Shown here in pieces: positions 46,018 to 61,000 of a stretch of DNA of 64,000 nucleotides (positions within the stretch are counted from its first letter, which is position 1; each line of letters opens with the position of its first letter). The DNA is from Eledone cirrhosa (lineage: Eukaryota), in NCBI GenBank assembly GCA_964016885.1, contig OZ024745.1, positions 57,350,001 through 57,414,000 of the forward strand. Reading direction: 5' to 3'. The translations under genes were made by a program, and so were the position numbers. The notes below the pieces were generated by a model. The model did not search any database and was not told the origin of the DNA. It saw nothing but the letters and a program-made list of their open reading frames with translations.

Positions 46018-49000
46018 CCGTTTTTCATGGGGGGGGGGGGGGGCGTTTTTTATTTGGGTGCCCCTTTTTTTATTTGGGTGCCGCGTTTTTTTATGGGAGG
46101 GGTCTGTTCTTTATTTAGGTGACCCGTTTTTTTTATTTGGGTGCCCCGTTTTTTATTTGGGTGCACCGTTTTTTTATTTGGGTGCCCTGTTTTTTATTTG
46201 GGTGCCCCGTTTTTTTATTTGGGTGCCCCGTTTTTTATTTGGGTGCCCCGTTTTTTTATGGGGGGGTCCGTTTTTTATTTGGGTGCCCCGTTTTTTATGG
46301 GGTGGGGGCGTTTTTTATTTGGGTGCTCCGTTTAATTATAGGGGGGGTCCGTTTTTTATTTGGGTGCCCGGTTTTTTTATGGGGGGGCCTTTTTTTATTT
46401 GGGTGTCCCGTTGTTTTATGATGGGTCCGTTTTTGATTTGGGTGCCCCTTTTTTTATGAGCGGGTCCGTTTTTTATTTGGGTACCCCGTTTCTTTTTTGG
46501 CGTGCCCCGTTTTTTTATGGTGGGGGGGGGGTCCGTTTTTTATTTGGGTGCCCCGTTTTTATGGGGGGGGCGTTTTTTATTTGGGTACCCCATATTTTTA
46601 TTTGGGTGGCCCGTTTTTTTTTGGGGTGCCCCTTTTGGGGGGGGTGTCCTGTTTCTTTATTTGGGTGCCCCGTTTTTTTGGGAGGGGGTGCCCCATTCTT
46701 TTATTCGGGTGCGCCGTTTTTTATTTGGGTGCCCCGTTTTTTATGGGGGGTTCCGTTTCTTATTTGGGTGCCCCGTTTTCTTATGGGGGGCCTTTTTTAT
46801 TTAGGTGCCCCGTTATGGGGGGGCGTCTTTTATTTGGGTGCCCCATATTTTTATTTAGGTGCCCCGTTTTTTTATGTGGGGTCTCCGTTTTTTATTTGGG
46901 TGGCCCGTTTTTTATTTGGGTGCCCCTTTTGGGGGGATGCCCTGTTTCTTTATTTGGGTGCCTCGTTGTTTTATGGGGGGGTCCGGTTTTTTATGAGGGA
47001 CTCCGTTTTTTCTTTGGGTGTCCCTTTTTTTTATTTGCGTGCCGCGTTTTTTTATTTGGGTGCCCCGTTTTTTATTTGGGTGTCCCGTTTTTTTTATTTG
47101 AGTGATCCGTTTTTTATTTGGGTGCCCCGTTTTTTTATTTGAGTGATCCGTTTTTTATTTGGGTGCCCGATTTTATTTGGGTGCTCCGTATTTTTATGGG
47201 GTTTTTTTTTATTTGGTTGCCCAGTTTTTTTGATGGGGGGGTACGTTTTTTATTTGGGTGCCCCATATTTTTATTTAGGTGCCCCGTTTTTTTATGTGGG
47301 TGCGCCGTTTTTTATTTGGGTGGCCCGTTTTTTATGGGGGGGGGTCCGTTTCTTATTTGGGTGCCCCGATTTTTATTTGGGTGATCCGTTGTTTTATCGG
47401 GGGGTCCGTTTTGTATTTGGGAGCCCCGTTTTTTTATGGGGGGTCCGTTTATTATTTGAGTGCCCCGTTTTTTATTTGGGTGCCCCGTTTTTTATTTGGG
47501 TGCCCCGTTTTTTTATGGTTTTTTTAATTTTATTTGGGTGTAACATTTTTTTATGTGGGGGCTCCGTTTTTAATTTGGGTGGCCCGTTTTTTATTTGGGT
47601 GCCCCGTTGTTTTGGGGGGGTGCCCGGTTTTTTTATTTGTGGGGGCCGTTTTTTATTTGGGTGCCCCGTTTTTTATTTGGGTACCCTATTTTTTTATTCC
47701 AGTGCCCGGTTTCTTATTTGGGTGTCCCGTTTTTTTATGGGGGGTCCGTTTCTAATTTGGGTGCCCCGTTTTTTATTTGGGTGATCCGTTGTTTTATCGG
47801 GGGGTCCGTTTTGTATTTGGGAGCCCCGTTTTTTTATGGGGGGTCCGTTATTATTTGAGTGCCTCGTTTTTTATTTGGGTGCCCCGTTTTTTATTTGGGT
47901 GCCCCGTTTTTTTATGGGTTTTTTTATTTTATTTGGGTGTACCATTTTTTTATGTGGGAGCCCCGTTTTTTTATGGGGGGTCCGTTATTATTTGAGTGCC
48001 TCGTTTTTTATTTGGGTGCCCCGTTTTTTATTTGGGTACCCTGTTTTTTTATTCCAGTGCCCGGTTTCTTATTTGGGTGTCCCGTTTTTTTATGGGGGGG
48101 TCCGTTTCTAATTTGGGTGCCCCGTTTTTTTATTTGGGTGACCCGTTTTTTTGATGGGGAGGGTCTGCTTTTTATTTGGGTGCCCCATATTTTTATTTAG
48201 GTGCCCCGTTTTTTTATGAGGGTGCGCCGTTTTTTATTTGGGTGGCCCGTTTTTTATGGGGGGTCCATTTCTTATTTGGGTGCCCGTTTTTTATTTGGGT
48301 AACCCGTTGTTTTATGGGGGGGTCCGTTTTTTATTTGGGTGCCCCGTTTTTTATGGGGGGTCCGTTTATTATTTGGGTGCCCCGTTTTTTATTTGGGTGC
48401 CCCGTTTTTTATATGGGTGCCCCGTTTTTTTATGGGGGTTGCGTTTTTTATTTGGGTGCTCCGTATTTTTATGGGGTTTACTTTTTTATTTGGGTGCCCC
48501 GTTTTTTTTATGTGGGGGCTCCGTTTTTAATTTGGGTGGCCCGTTTTTTTATTTGGGTGCCCCGTTGTTTGGGGCGGTGGCCTGTTTTTTTATTTGGGTG
48601 CCCCGTTTTTTTATTCCGTTGCCCGGTTTCTTATTTGGGTGCCCCCTGTTTTTTATGGGGGGGGGTCCATTCTTTATTTGGGTGCTACGTTTTTTATGGG
48701 GGGCCCGTTTGTGATTTGGGTGCCCCTTTTTTTTTTATTTGGGTGCCCCGTTTTTTTATTTGGGTGCACCGTTTTTTTATTTGAGTGATCCGTTTTTTAT
48801 TTGGGTGCCCCGTTTTTAATTTGAGTGCTCCGTTTTTTTAAGGGGGTTCGATTTTTTATTTGGGTGCCCCGTTTATTATTTGGGTGCCCTGTTTTTTATT
48901 TAGGTGCCCTTTTTATGGGGGTCTATTATTTATTTGGGTGCTCCGTTTTTTTATGGGGGGTCCGTTTCTAATATGGGTGCCCCGTTTTTTATTTGGGTCC

Positions 49001-52000
49001 CACTTTTTTATGGGGGGGGTCCGTTTTTTATTTGGATGACCCGTTTTTTTATGTGGGGTCCGTTTTTTATTTGGGTTCTCCGTTTAATTATAGGGGGGTG
49101 TCCGTCTTTTATTTAGGTGCCCCGTTTTTTATGGGGGATCCGTTTTTTATTTGGGTGCCCCATATTTTACATTTAGGTGCCCCATTTTTTTATGTGGGGG
49201 CTCCGTTTATAATTTGGGTGGCCCGTTTTTTGTTTGGGTGCCCCGTTGTTTTGGGGGGTGCCCTGTTTTTTTATTTGGGTGCGCCGTTTTTTATTTGGGT
49301 GCCCCTTAATTATTTGGGTGCCCCGTTTTTTTATTCCGGTGCCCGGTTTCATATTTGGATGCCCCCTGTTTTTTTTATGGGGGGGTCCATTCTTTATATG
49401 GGTGCTCCTTCTTTTTGTGGGGGGTCCGTTTCTAATTTGGGTGCCCCATATTTTTATTTAGGTGCCCCGTTTTTTTTATGTGGGTGCGCAGTTTTTTATT
49501 TGGGTGGCCCGTTTTTTATGGGGGGGGGCGTTTCTTACTTGGGTGCCCCGTTTTTTATTTGGGTGACCCGTTGTTTTATGGGGGGGTCCGTTTTTTATTT
49601 GGGTGCCCCGTTTTTTATGGAGGGTTCGTTTCTTATTTGGGTGCCCCGTTTTTTATTTGGGTGCCCCGTTTTTTATATGGGTGCCCCGTTTTTTTATGGG
49701 GGGGGTCCGTTTTTTATTTGGGTGCTCCGTATTTTTATGGGGTTTATTTTTTTATTTGGGTGCCCCGTTTTTTTATGTGGGGGCTCCGTTTTTAATTTGG
49801 CTGGCCCGTTTTTTATTTGGGTGCCCCGTTGTTTTGGGCGGTGCCCTGTTTTTTTATTTGGGTGCCCCGTTCTTTATTTGGGTGCCCCGTTTTTTTATTC
49901 CGTTGCCCGGTTTCTTATTTGGGTGCCCCCTGTTTTTATATGGGGGGTCCATTCTTTATTTGGGTGCTACGTTTTGGTTATTGGGAGTCCGTTTTTTATT
50001 TGGGTGCCCCGTTTTTTATTTTGGTGCCCTGTTTTTTATTTGTGTGCCCTTTTTAAGGGGGGTCCATTATTTATTTGGGTGCTCCGTTTTTTTATGGGGG
50101 GTCCGTTTCTAATTTGGGTGCCCCGTTTTTTTATTTGTGTGCCCCGTCTTTTATTTGGGTGCCCCTTTTTTATGGGGGGCCCGTTTTTTATTTGGATGAC
50201 CCGTTTTTTTATGGTGGGGTCCGTTTTTTATTTGGGTTCTCCGTTTAATTATAGGGGGGTGTACGATTTTTATTTAGGTGCCCCGTTTTTTAAGGGGGGG
50301 GGCGTTTTTTATTTGGGTGCCCCGTATTTTTATTTAGGTGCCACGTTTTTTATGCGGGGGTTCCGTTTCGTATTTTGGTGCCCCGTTTTTATGGGGGGGG
50401 GGTCCGTTTTTTATTTGTGTGCCCCATATTTTTATTTAGGTGCCCCGTTTTTTTTATGTGGGTGCGCTGTTTTTTATTTGGGTGGCCCGTTTTTTATGGG
50501 GGGTCCGTTTCTTAATTGGGTACCCCATTTTTTATGGGTGGTCCATTTATTATTTGGGTGCCCCGTTTTTTATTTGGGTGCCCCGTTTTTTTACGGGGGG
50601 TCCGTTTTTTATTTGGCTGCCCCGTTTTTTTTATTCCGGTGCACGGTTTTTTATTTGGGTGCCCCGTATTTTATGGTGGGGTCCGTTTTTTATTTGGGTG
50701 CCCCATATTTTTATTTAGGTGCCCCGTTTTTTTATGTGGGGGCTCCGTTTTTAATTTGGGTGGCCCGTTTTTTGTTTGGGTGCCCCGTTGTTTTCGGGGG
50801 GTGCCCTGTTTTTTTATTTGGGTGCGCCGTTTTTTATTTGGGTGCCCCGTTTTTTATTTGGGTGCCCCGTTTTTTTATTCCGGTGACCGGTTTTTTTATG
50901 TGGGGGCTCCGTTTTTAATTTGGGTGGCCCGTTTTTTGTTTGGGTGCCCCGTTGTTTTCGGGGGGTGCCCTGTTTTTTTATTTGGGTGCGCCGTTTTTTA
51001 TTCGGGTGCCCCGTTTTTGATTTGGGTGACCCGTTTTTTATGGGGGGGTCCGTTTTTTATTTGGATGCCCCGTTTTTTTATGGGGTCCGTTTTTTATTTG
51101 GGTGCCCCATATTTTTATTTAGGTGCCCCTTTTTTTATGTGGGTGCGCCGTTTTTTATTTGGGTGGCCCGTTTTTTATGGGGGGTCCGTTTTTTATTTGG
51201 ATGCCCCGTTTCTTTATGGGGGTCCGCTTTTTATTTGGCTGCCCCGTTTTTTATTATTCCGGTGCACGGTTTTTTATTTGGGTGCCCCGTTTTGTTATTT
51301 GGGTGCCCCATGTTTTTCTTTAGGTGCCCCGTTTCTTATTTGGGTACCCCGTTTTTTTATGGGTGGTCCGTTTATTATTTGGGTGCCCCGTTTTTTATTT
51401 GGGTGCCCTGTTTTTTATGGGGGGGTCCGTTTTTTATTTGGGTGCCCCGTTTTTATTATGGGGGGGTCCGTTTTTTATTTGGCTGCTCCGTTTTTTTTTA
51501 TTCCGGGGGTCCGTTTTTTATTGGGTGCCCCATATTTTTATTTAGCTGCCCCGTTTTTTTTATGTGGGTGCGCCGTATTTTATTTGGGTGCCCCGTTTTT
51601 TTATTCCGGTGACCGGTTTGATATTTGGGTGCCCCGTTTTTTATGGGGGGTCCATTCTTTATATGGGTGCTCCGTTTGTTTACGGGGGATCCGTTTCTAA
51701 TTTGGGTGCCCCGTTTTTTTATTTAGGTGCCCCGTTTTTTTGATGGGGGGGTCCGTTTTTTATTTGGGTGGCCCGTTTTTATGGGGGGGTCCGTTTCTTA
51801 TTCGGGTGCCCCGTTTTTGATTTGGGTGACCCGTTTTTTATGGGGGGGGTTGTTTTTTATTTGGATGCCCCGTTTTTTTATGGGGGTCCGTTTTTTATTT
51901 GGGTGCCCCATATTTTTATTTAGGTGCCCCTTTTTTTTATGTGGGTGCGCCGTTTATTATTTGGGTGGCCCGTTTTTTATGGGGGTTCCGTTTATTATTT

Positions 52001-55000
52001 GGGTGCCCCGTTTATTATTTGGGTGCCCCGTTTTTTATTTGGGTGCCCCGTTTTTTATGGGGGGTCCGTTTTTTATTTGGGTGTCCCGTTTTTTATTTGG
52101 GTGCCCCGTTTTTTATGGGGGGGGTCCGTTTTTTATTTCGATGCCCCGTTTTTTTATGGGGGTCCGTTTTTTATTTGGCTGCCCCGTTTTTTTTATTCCG
52201 GTGCACGGTTTTTTATTTGGGTGCCCCGTTTTTTATTTGGGTGCCCCTTTTTTATGGGGAGTTCTATTCTTTATATGGGTGCTCCGTTTTTTTATTGGGC
52301 GATCCGTTTTTTATTTGGGTGCCCCGTTTTTTATTTGGGTGCCCCGTTATTTATTTGGGTGACCCGTTTTTTATTTGGGTGCCCCGTTTTTTTAAGGGGG
52401 TGTCCGTATTTCATTTGGGTGCCCCGTTTTTTATTTGGGTGCCCCGTTTTTTATTTGGGTGCCCCGTTATTTATTTGGGTGACCCGTTGTTTTATGGGGG
52501 GGTTCGTTTTTTATTTGGGTGTCCCATTATTTTATGGGGGGGACCGTTTTCTATTTGGGTGCCCCGTTTTTCTATGGGGGTCGATTTTTTTATTTGGGTG
52601 CCCCGTTTCTTTAGGGGGGGTTATTTGGGTGTCCAGTATTTTTATGGGGGGATCCGTTTTTAATTTTGGTGCGCCGTTTTTTATGGGGGTCCGTTTCTAA
52701 TTTGGGTGCCCCGTTTTTTATTTGGGTGCCATTTTTTTATTGGGGGGTCCGTTTTTATTTGGATGACCCGTTCTTTTATGGGGGGTCCGTTTTTCATTTG
52801 GGTTCCCCGTTTAATTGTAGGGGGGTACCCGTTTCTTATTTAGGTGCCCCGTATTTTTATTTGGGTGCCCCGTTTTTTATGGGGGGGGGGCGTTTTTTAT
52901 TTGGGTACCCCGTTTTATATTTGGGTGCCCCGTTTTTTATGCGGGGGGGGGGGATTTTTATTTTGGTGCCCCGTTTTTTATTTGGGTGCCCCGTTTCTTA
53001 TTTGGGTGCCCCATTTCTTGTTTGGGTGCCCCATTTCTTATTTGGGTGCCCCGTTTTTTATTGAGGCGGGTCCGTTTTTTATTTGCGTGCCCCGTTTTTT
53101 ATTTGTGCCTGGTTTTTTCATGGGGGGTCCATTATTTTATTTTGGTGCCCCGTTTTTTTAAGGGGGTGTCCGTATTTTATTTGGATGCCCCGTTTTTTTA
53201 TGGGGTCCGTTTTTTATTTGGGTGCCCCATATTTTTATTTAGGTGCCCCTTTTTTTATGTGGGTGCGCCGTTTTTTATTTGGGTGGCCCGTTTTTTATGG
53301 GGGGTCCGTTTTTTATTTGGATGCCCCGTTTCTTTATGGGGGTCCGCTTTTTATTTGGCTGCCCCGTTTTTTATTATTCCGGTGCACGGTTTTTTATTTG
53401 GGTGCCCCGTTTTGTTATTTGGGTGCCCCATGTTTTTCTTTAGGTGCCCCGTTTCTTATTTGGGTACCCCGTTTTTTTATGGGTGGTCCGTTTATTATTT
53501 GGGTGCCCCGTTTTTTATTTGGGTGCCCTGTTTTTTATGGGGGGGTCCGTTTTTTATTTGGGTGCCCCGTTTTTATTATGGGGGGGTCCGTTTTTTATTT
53601 GGCTGCTCCGTTTTTTTTTATTCCGGGGGTCCGTTTTTTATTGGGTGCCCCATATTTTTATTTAGCTGCCCCGTTTTTTTTATGTGGGTGCGCCGTATTT
53701 TATTTGGGTGCCCCGTTTTTTTATTCCGGTGACCGGTTTGATATTTGGGTGCCCCGTTTTTTATGGGGGGGTCCATTCTTTATATGGGTGCTCCGTTTGT
53801 TTACGGGGGATCCGTTTCTAATTTGGGTGCCCCGTTTTTTTATTTAGGTGCCCCGTTTTTTTGATGGGGGGGTCCGTTTTTTATTTGGGTGGCCCGTTTT
53901 TATGGGGGGGTCCGTTTCTTATTCGGGTGCCCCGTTTTTGATTTGGGTGACCCGTTTTTTATGGGGGGGTTTGTTTTTTATTTGGATGCCCCGTTTTTTT
54001 ATGGGGGTCCGTTTTTTATTTGGGTGCCCCATATTTTTATTTAGGTGCCCCTTTTTTTTATGTGGGTGCGCCGTTTATTATTTGGGTGGCCCGTTTTTTA
54101 TGGGGGTTCCGTTTATTATTTGGGTGCCCCGTTTATTATTTGGGTGCCCCGTTTTTTATTTGGGTGCCCCGTTTTTTATGGGGGGTCCGTTTTTTATTTG
54201 GGTGTCCCGTTTTTTATTTGGGTGCCCCGTTTTTTATGGGGGGGGTCCGTTTTTTATTTCGATGCCCCGTTTTTTTATGGGGGTCCGTTTTTTATTTGGC
54301 TGCCCCGTTTTTTTTATTCCGGTGCACGGTTTTTTATTTGGGTGCCCCGTTTTTTATTTGGGTGCCCCTTTTTTATGGGGAGTTCTATTCTTTATATGGG
54401 TGCTCCGTTTTTTTATTGGGCGGTCCGTTTTTTATTTGGGTGCCCCGTTTTTTATTTGGGTGCCCCGTTATTTATTTGGGTGACCCGTTTTTTATTTGGG
54501 TGCCCCGTTTTTTTAAGGGGGTGTCCGTATTTCATTTGGGTGCCCCGTTTTTTATTTGGGTGCCCCGTTATTTATTTGGGTGACCCGTTGTTTTATGGGG
54601 GGGTCCGTTTTTTATTTGGGTGTCCCATTATTTTATGGGGGGGACCGTTTTCTATTTGGGTGCCCCGTTTTTCTATGGGGGTCGATTTTTTTATTTGGGT
54701 GCCCCGTTTTTTTAGGGGGGGGTTATTTGGGTGTCCAGTATTTTTATGGGGGGATCCGTTTTTAATTTTGGTGCGCCGTTTTTTATGGGGGTCCGTTTCT
54801 AATTTGGGTGCCCCGTTTTTTATTTGGCTGCTCCGTTTTTTTTTATTCCGGGGGTACGTTTTTTATTTAGCTGCCCCGTTTTTTTTATGTGGGTGCGCCG
54901 TATTTTATTTGGGTGCCCCGTTTTTTTATTCCGGTGACCGGTTTTTTATTTGGGTGCCCCGTTTTTTATTTGGGTGCCCCTTTTTTATGGGGAGTTCTAT

Positions 55001-58000
55001 TCTTTATACGGGTGCTCCGTTTTTTTATTGGGCGGTCCGTTTTTTATTTGGGTGCCCCATATTTTTCTTTAGGTGCCCCTTTTCTTATTTGGGTACCCCG
55101 TTTTTTATGGGTGGTCCGTTTATTATTTGGGTGCCCCGTTTTTTATTTGGGTGCCCCGTTTTTTATGGGGGGGTCGGTTTTTTATTTTGGTGCCCCGTTT
55201 TTATTATGGGGGGGGGGGGGTCCGTTTTTATTTGGCTGCTCCGTTTTTTTTTATTCCGGGGGTCCGTTTTTTATTTGGGTGCCCCATATCTTTATTTAGC
55301 TGCCCCGTTTTTTTTATGTGGGTGCGCCGTTTTTTATTTGGGTGCCCCGTTTTTTTATTCCGGTGACCGGTTTGATATTTGGGTGCCCCGTTTTTTTAAT
55401 GGGGGGGGTCCGTTTTTTATTTGGGTGCCCCATATTTTTATTTAGGTGCCCCTTTTTTTATGTGGGTGCGCCGTTTATTATTTGGGTGGCCCGTTTTTTA
55501 TGGGGGTTCCGTTTATTATTTGGGTGCCCCGTTTTTTGTTTGGGTGCCCCGTTTTTTATGGGGGGGTCCGTTTTTTATTTGGGTGTCCCGTTTATTATTT
55601 GGGTGCCCCGTTTTTTATTTGGGTGCCCCGTTTTTTATTGGGGGTCCGTTTTTTATTTGGGTGTCCCGTTTTTTGTTTGGGTGCCCCGTTTTTTATGGGG
55701 GGGGGGGGTCCGTTTTTTATTTCGATGCCCCGTTTTTTTATGGGATTCCGTTTTTTATTTGGCTGCCCCGTTTTTTTTATTCCGGTGCACGGTTTTTTAT
55801 TTGGGTGCCCCGTTTTTTATTTGGGTGCCCCTTTTTTATGGAAAGTTCTATTCTTTATTTGGGTGCCCCGTTTTTTATTTGGGTGCCCCGTTTTTTATTT
55901 GGGTGCCCCGTTTTTTATTTGGGTGACCCGTTGTTTTATGGGGGGGTCCGTTTTTTATTTGGGTGTCCCATTATTTTATGGGGGGACCGTTTTCTATTTG
56001 GGTGCCCCGTTTTTCTATGGGGGTCGATTTTTTTATTTGGGTGCCCCGTTCTTTTAGGGGGGTTATTTGGGTGTCCAGTATTTTTATGGGGGGATCCGTT
56101 TTTAATTTGGGTGCGCCGTTTTTTATGGGGGTCCGTTTCTAATTTGGGTGCCCCGTTTTTTATTTGGGTGCCATTTTTTTTATTGGGGGGTCCGTTTTTA
56201 TTTGGATGACCCGTTCTTTTATGGGGGGTCCGTTTTTCCTTTGGGTTCCCCGTTTAATTGTAGGGGGGTACCCGTTTCTTATTTAGGTGCCCCGTATTTT
56301 TATTTGGGTGCCCCGTTTTTTATGGGTGGGGGCGTTTTTTATTTGGGTACCCCGTTTTATATTTGGGTGCCCCGTTTTTTATGCGGGGGGGGGGGGGGGA
56401 TTTTTATTTTGGTGCCCCGTTTTTTATTTGGGTGCCCCGTTTCTTATTTGGGTGCCCCATTTCTTATTTGGGTGCCCCATTTCTTATTTGGGTGCCCCGT
56501 TTTTTATTGAGGCGGGTCCGTTTTTTATTTGCGTGCCCCGTTTTTTATTTGTGCCTGGTTTTTTCATGGGGGGTCCATTTTTTATTTTGGTGCCCCGTTT
56601 TTTTAAGGGGGTGTCCGTATTTTATTTGGGTGCCCCGTTTTTTATTTCGGTGCCCGGTTTTTTTAAGTGGGTGGCCGTTTTTTATTTGGTTGCCACGTTT
56701 TTTATTTGGTTGCCCCTTTTTTTATTTACGTGCGCCGTTTTTTTATGGGGGGGTCCGTTTTTTATATAAGTGCCCCGTTTATTTATGGGGGGTCCGTTTT
56801 TTATTTGGGTGCCCCGTTTTTTATTTGGGTGCCCCGTTATTTATTTGGGTGACCCGTTTTTTATTTGGGTGCCCCATTTTTTTAAGGGGGTGTCCGTATT
56901 TCATTTGGGTGCCCTGTTTAAATAACGGGTTTCTTTATGTGGGGGCCCGTTTTTTATTTGGGTGCCCAGTTTTTTTATGGGGGGGGGGGGGTCCGTTTTT
57001 TATTTGGGTGCCCCGTTTTTTATTTGGGTGCCCCGTTTTTTATGGGAGGGGGTCGTTTTTTATTTGGGTGCCCCGTTTTTTATTAGCGTGCCCCGTTTTT
57101 TATTTAGGTGCCCCGTTTTTTATTTGGGTGCCCCGTTTCTTATTTGGGTGCCCAGTTTTTTATTGCGGAGTCCGTTTTCTATTTGGGTTTCCCGTTTTTT
57201 ATTTGGGTACCCGGTTTTTTTATGGGGGGGTCCGTTTTTAATTTGGGTGCCCCGTTTTTTATTTGGGTACCCGGTTATTTTATGGGGGGGTCCGTTTTTT
57301 ATTTGGGTGCCCCGTTTTTTATTTAGGTGCCCCGTTTTTTTAAGGGGGTATCCGTTTTTCTATCTGAGTGGCCCGTTTCTTTATTTGGGTGCCGCGTTTT
57401 TTATTTGGGTGCCCCGTTTTTTTATTTGGGTGCCCCGTTTTTTTATGGGGAGGATCCTTTATTTTTATTTGGTGGCCCCGTTTTTTATGGGAGGGGGGTG
57501 TTTTTTATTTGGGTGCCCCGTTTTTTATTTGGGTGCCCCGTTTCTTATTTGGGTGCCCCGTTTCTTATTTGGTTGCCCCTTTTTTTATTTAGGTGCCCCG
57601 TTATTTTATGGGGGGTCCGTTTTATATTTGGGTGCCCCGTTTTTTTATATGGGTGCCCCGTTTTTTATTTTGGGTGCCCGGTTTTTTTATGGGGGGGGTC
57701 CTTTTTTTATTTTGGTGCCCCGTTTTTTATTTGGGTGCCCCGTTATTTATTTGGGTGACCCGTTTTTTATTTGGGTGCCCCGTTTTTTTAAGGGGGTGTC
57801 CGTAATTCATTTGGGTGCCCTGTTTAAATAACGGGTTTCTTTATGTGGGGGTCCGTTTTTTATTTTGGTGCCTCGTTTTTTATTTGAGTGCCCCGTTTTT
57901 TATTTGCGTGCCCCGTTTTTTATTTAGGTGCCCCGTTTTTTATTTGGGTGCCCCGTTTCTTATTTGGGTGCCCCGTTTTTTAAGGGGGTATCCGTTTTTC

Positions 58001-61000
58001 TAATTGAGTGGCCCGTTTTTTTATTTCGGTGGCGCGTTTTTTTATTTGGGTGCCCCGTTTTTTATTTGGGTGCCCCGTTTTTTTATGGGGGTATCCTTTA
58101 TTTTTATTTGGTGGCCCCGTTTTTTATGGGAGGGGGGGCGTTTTTTATTTGCGTGCCCCGTATTTTATTTGGGTGGCCGGTTTTTTTATTTGGGTGCCCC
58201 GTTTATTTATGGGGGGTCCATTTTTTATTTTGGTGCCCCGTTTTTTATTTGCGTGCCCCGTTATTTATTTGGGTGACCCGTTTTTTATTTCGGTGCCCCT
58301 TTTTTTATTTAGGTGCGCCTTTTTTTATGGGGGGGGGTCCGTTTTTTATTTGGGTGCTCCGTTTTTTATTTGGGTGCCCCTTTTTTTATTTGGGTCCCCA
58401 GATTTTTTATTTGGGCGCCCCGTTTTTTATTTGGGTGCCTGTTTTTTTAAGGGGGTCGCCGTTTTTTATTTGGTTGCCACGTTTTTTATTTGGTTGTCCC
58501 TTTTTTTTTGTTTACGTGCGCCGTTTTTTTATGGTGGGGGGTCCGTTTATTATATGGGTGCCCCGTTTATTTATGGGGGGGTCCGTTTTTTATTTGGGTG
58601 CCCCGTTTTTTATTTGGGTGCCCCGTTTTTTATTTGGGTGCCCCGTTATTTATTTGGGTGACGCGTTTTTTATTTGGGTGCCCCGTTTTTTTAAGGGGGT
58701 GTCCGTATTACATTTGGGTGCCCCGTTTTTTATTTGGGTGCCCCGTTTTTTATTTGGGTGCCCCGTTATTTATTTGGGTGACCCGTTGTTTTATGGGGGG
58801 GTCCGTTTTTTATTTGGGTGTCCCATTATTTTATGGGGGGGACCGTTTTCTATTTGGGTGCCCCGTTTTTCTATGGGGATCGATTTTTTTATTTGGGTGC
58901 CCCGTTTCTTTAGGGGGGGTTATTTGGGTGTCCAGTATTTTTATGGGGGGATCCGTTTTTAATTTTGGTGCGCCGTTTTTTATGGGGGTCCGTTTCTAAT
59001 TTGGGTGCCCCGTTTTTTATTTGGGTGCCATTTTTTTATTGGGGGGTCCGTTTTTATTTGGATGACCCGTTCTTTTATGGGGGGTCCGTTTTTCCTTTGG
59101 GTTCCCCGTTTAATTGTAGGGGGGTACCCGTTTCTTATTTAGGTGCCCCGTATTTTTATTTGGGTGCCCCGTTTTTTATGGGGGGGGGCGTTTTTTATTT
59201 GGGTACCCCGTTTTATATTTGGGTGCCCCGTTTTTTATGCGGGGGGGGGGGATTTTTATTTTGGTGCCCCGTTTTTTATTTGGGTGCCCCGTTTCTTATT
59301 TGGGTGCCCCATTTCTTGTTTGGGTGCCCCATTTCTTATTTGGGTGCCCCGTTTTTTATTGAGGCGGGTCCGTTTTTTATTTGCGTGCCCCGTTTTTTAT
59401 TTGTGCCTGGTTTTTTCATGGGGGGTCCATTATTTTATTTTGGTGCCCCGTTTTTTTAAGGGGGTGTCCGTATTTTATTTGGATGCCCCGTTTTTTTATG
59501 GGGTCCGTTTTTTATTTGGGTGCCCCATATTTTTATTTAGGTGCCCCTTTTTTTATGTGGGTGCGCCGTTTTTTATTTGGGTGGCCCGTTTTTTATGGGG
59601 GGTCCGTTTTTTATTTGGATGCCCCGTTTCTTTATGGGGGTCCGCTTTTTATTTGGCTGCCCCGTTTTTTATTATTCCGGTGCACGGTTTTTTATTTGGG
59701 TGCCCCGTTTTGTTATTTGGGTGCCCCATGTTTTTCTTTAGGTGCCCCGTTTCTTATTTGGGTACCCCGTTTTTTTATGGGTGGTCCGTTTATTATTTGG
59801 GTGCCCCGTTTTTTATTTGGGTGCCCTGTTTTTTATGGGGGGGTCCGTTTTTTATTTGGGTGCCCCGTTTTTATTATGGGGGGGTCCGTTTTTTATTTGG
59901 CTGCTCCGTTTTTTTTTATTCCGGGGGTCCGTTTTTTATTGGGTGCCCCATATTTTTATTTAGCTGCCCCGTTTTTTTTATGTGGGTGCGCCGTATTTTA
60001 TTTGGGTGCCCCGTTTTTTTATTCCGGTGACCGGTTTGATATTTGGGTGCCCCGTTTTTTATGGGGGGGTCCATTCTTTATATGGGTGCTCCGTTTGTTT
60101 ACGGGGGATCCGTTTCTAATTTGGGTGCCCCGTTTTTTTATTTAGGTGCCCCGTTTTTTTGATGGGGGGGGTCCGTTTTTTATTTGGGTGGCCCGTTTTT
60201 ATGGGGGGGTCCGTTTCTTATTCGGGTGCCCCGTTTTTGATTTGGGTGACCCGTTTTTTATGGGGGGGTTTGTTTTTTATTTGGATGCCCCGTTTTTTTA
60301 TGGGGGTCCGTTTTTTATTTGGGTGCCCCATATTTTTATTTAGGTGCCCCTTTTTTTTATGTGGGTGCGCCGTTTATTATTTGGGTGGCCCGTTTTTTAT
60401 GGGGGTTCCGTTTATTATTTGGGTGCCCCGTTTATTATTTGGGTGCCCCGTTTTTTATTTGGGTGCCCCGTTTTTTATGGGGGGTCCGTTTTTTATTTGG
60501 GTGTCCCGTTTTTTATTTGGGTGCCCCGTTTTTTATGGGGGGGGTCCGTTTTTTATTTCGATGCCCCGTTTTTTTATGGGGGTCCGTTTTTTATTTGGCT
60601 GCCCCGTTTTTTTTATTCCGGTGCACGGTTTTTTATTTGGGTGCCCCGTTTTTTATTTGGGTGCCCCTTTTTTATGGGGAGTTCTATTCTTTATATGGGT
60701 GCTCCGTTTTTTTATTGGGCGGTCCGTTTTTTATTTGGGTGCCCCGTTTTTTATTTGGGTGCCCCGTTATTTATTTGGGTGACCCGTTTTTTATTTGGGT
60801 GCCCCGTTTTTTTAAGGGGGTGTCCGTATTTCATTTGGGTGCCCCGTTTTTTATTTGGGTGCCCCGTTTTTTATTTGGGTGCCCCGTTATTTATTTGGGT
60901 GACCCGTTGTTTTATGGGGGGGTCCGTTTTTTATTTGGGTGTCCCATTATTTTATGGGGGGGACCGTTTTCTATTTGGGTGCCCCGTTTTTCTATGGGGG

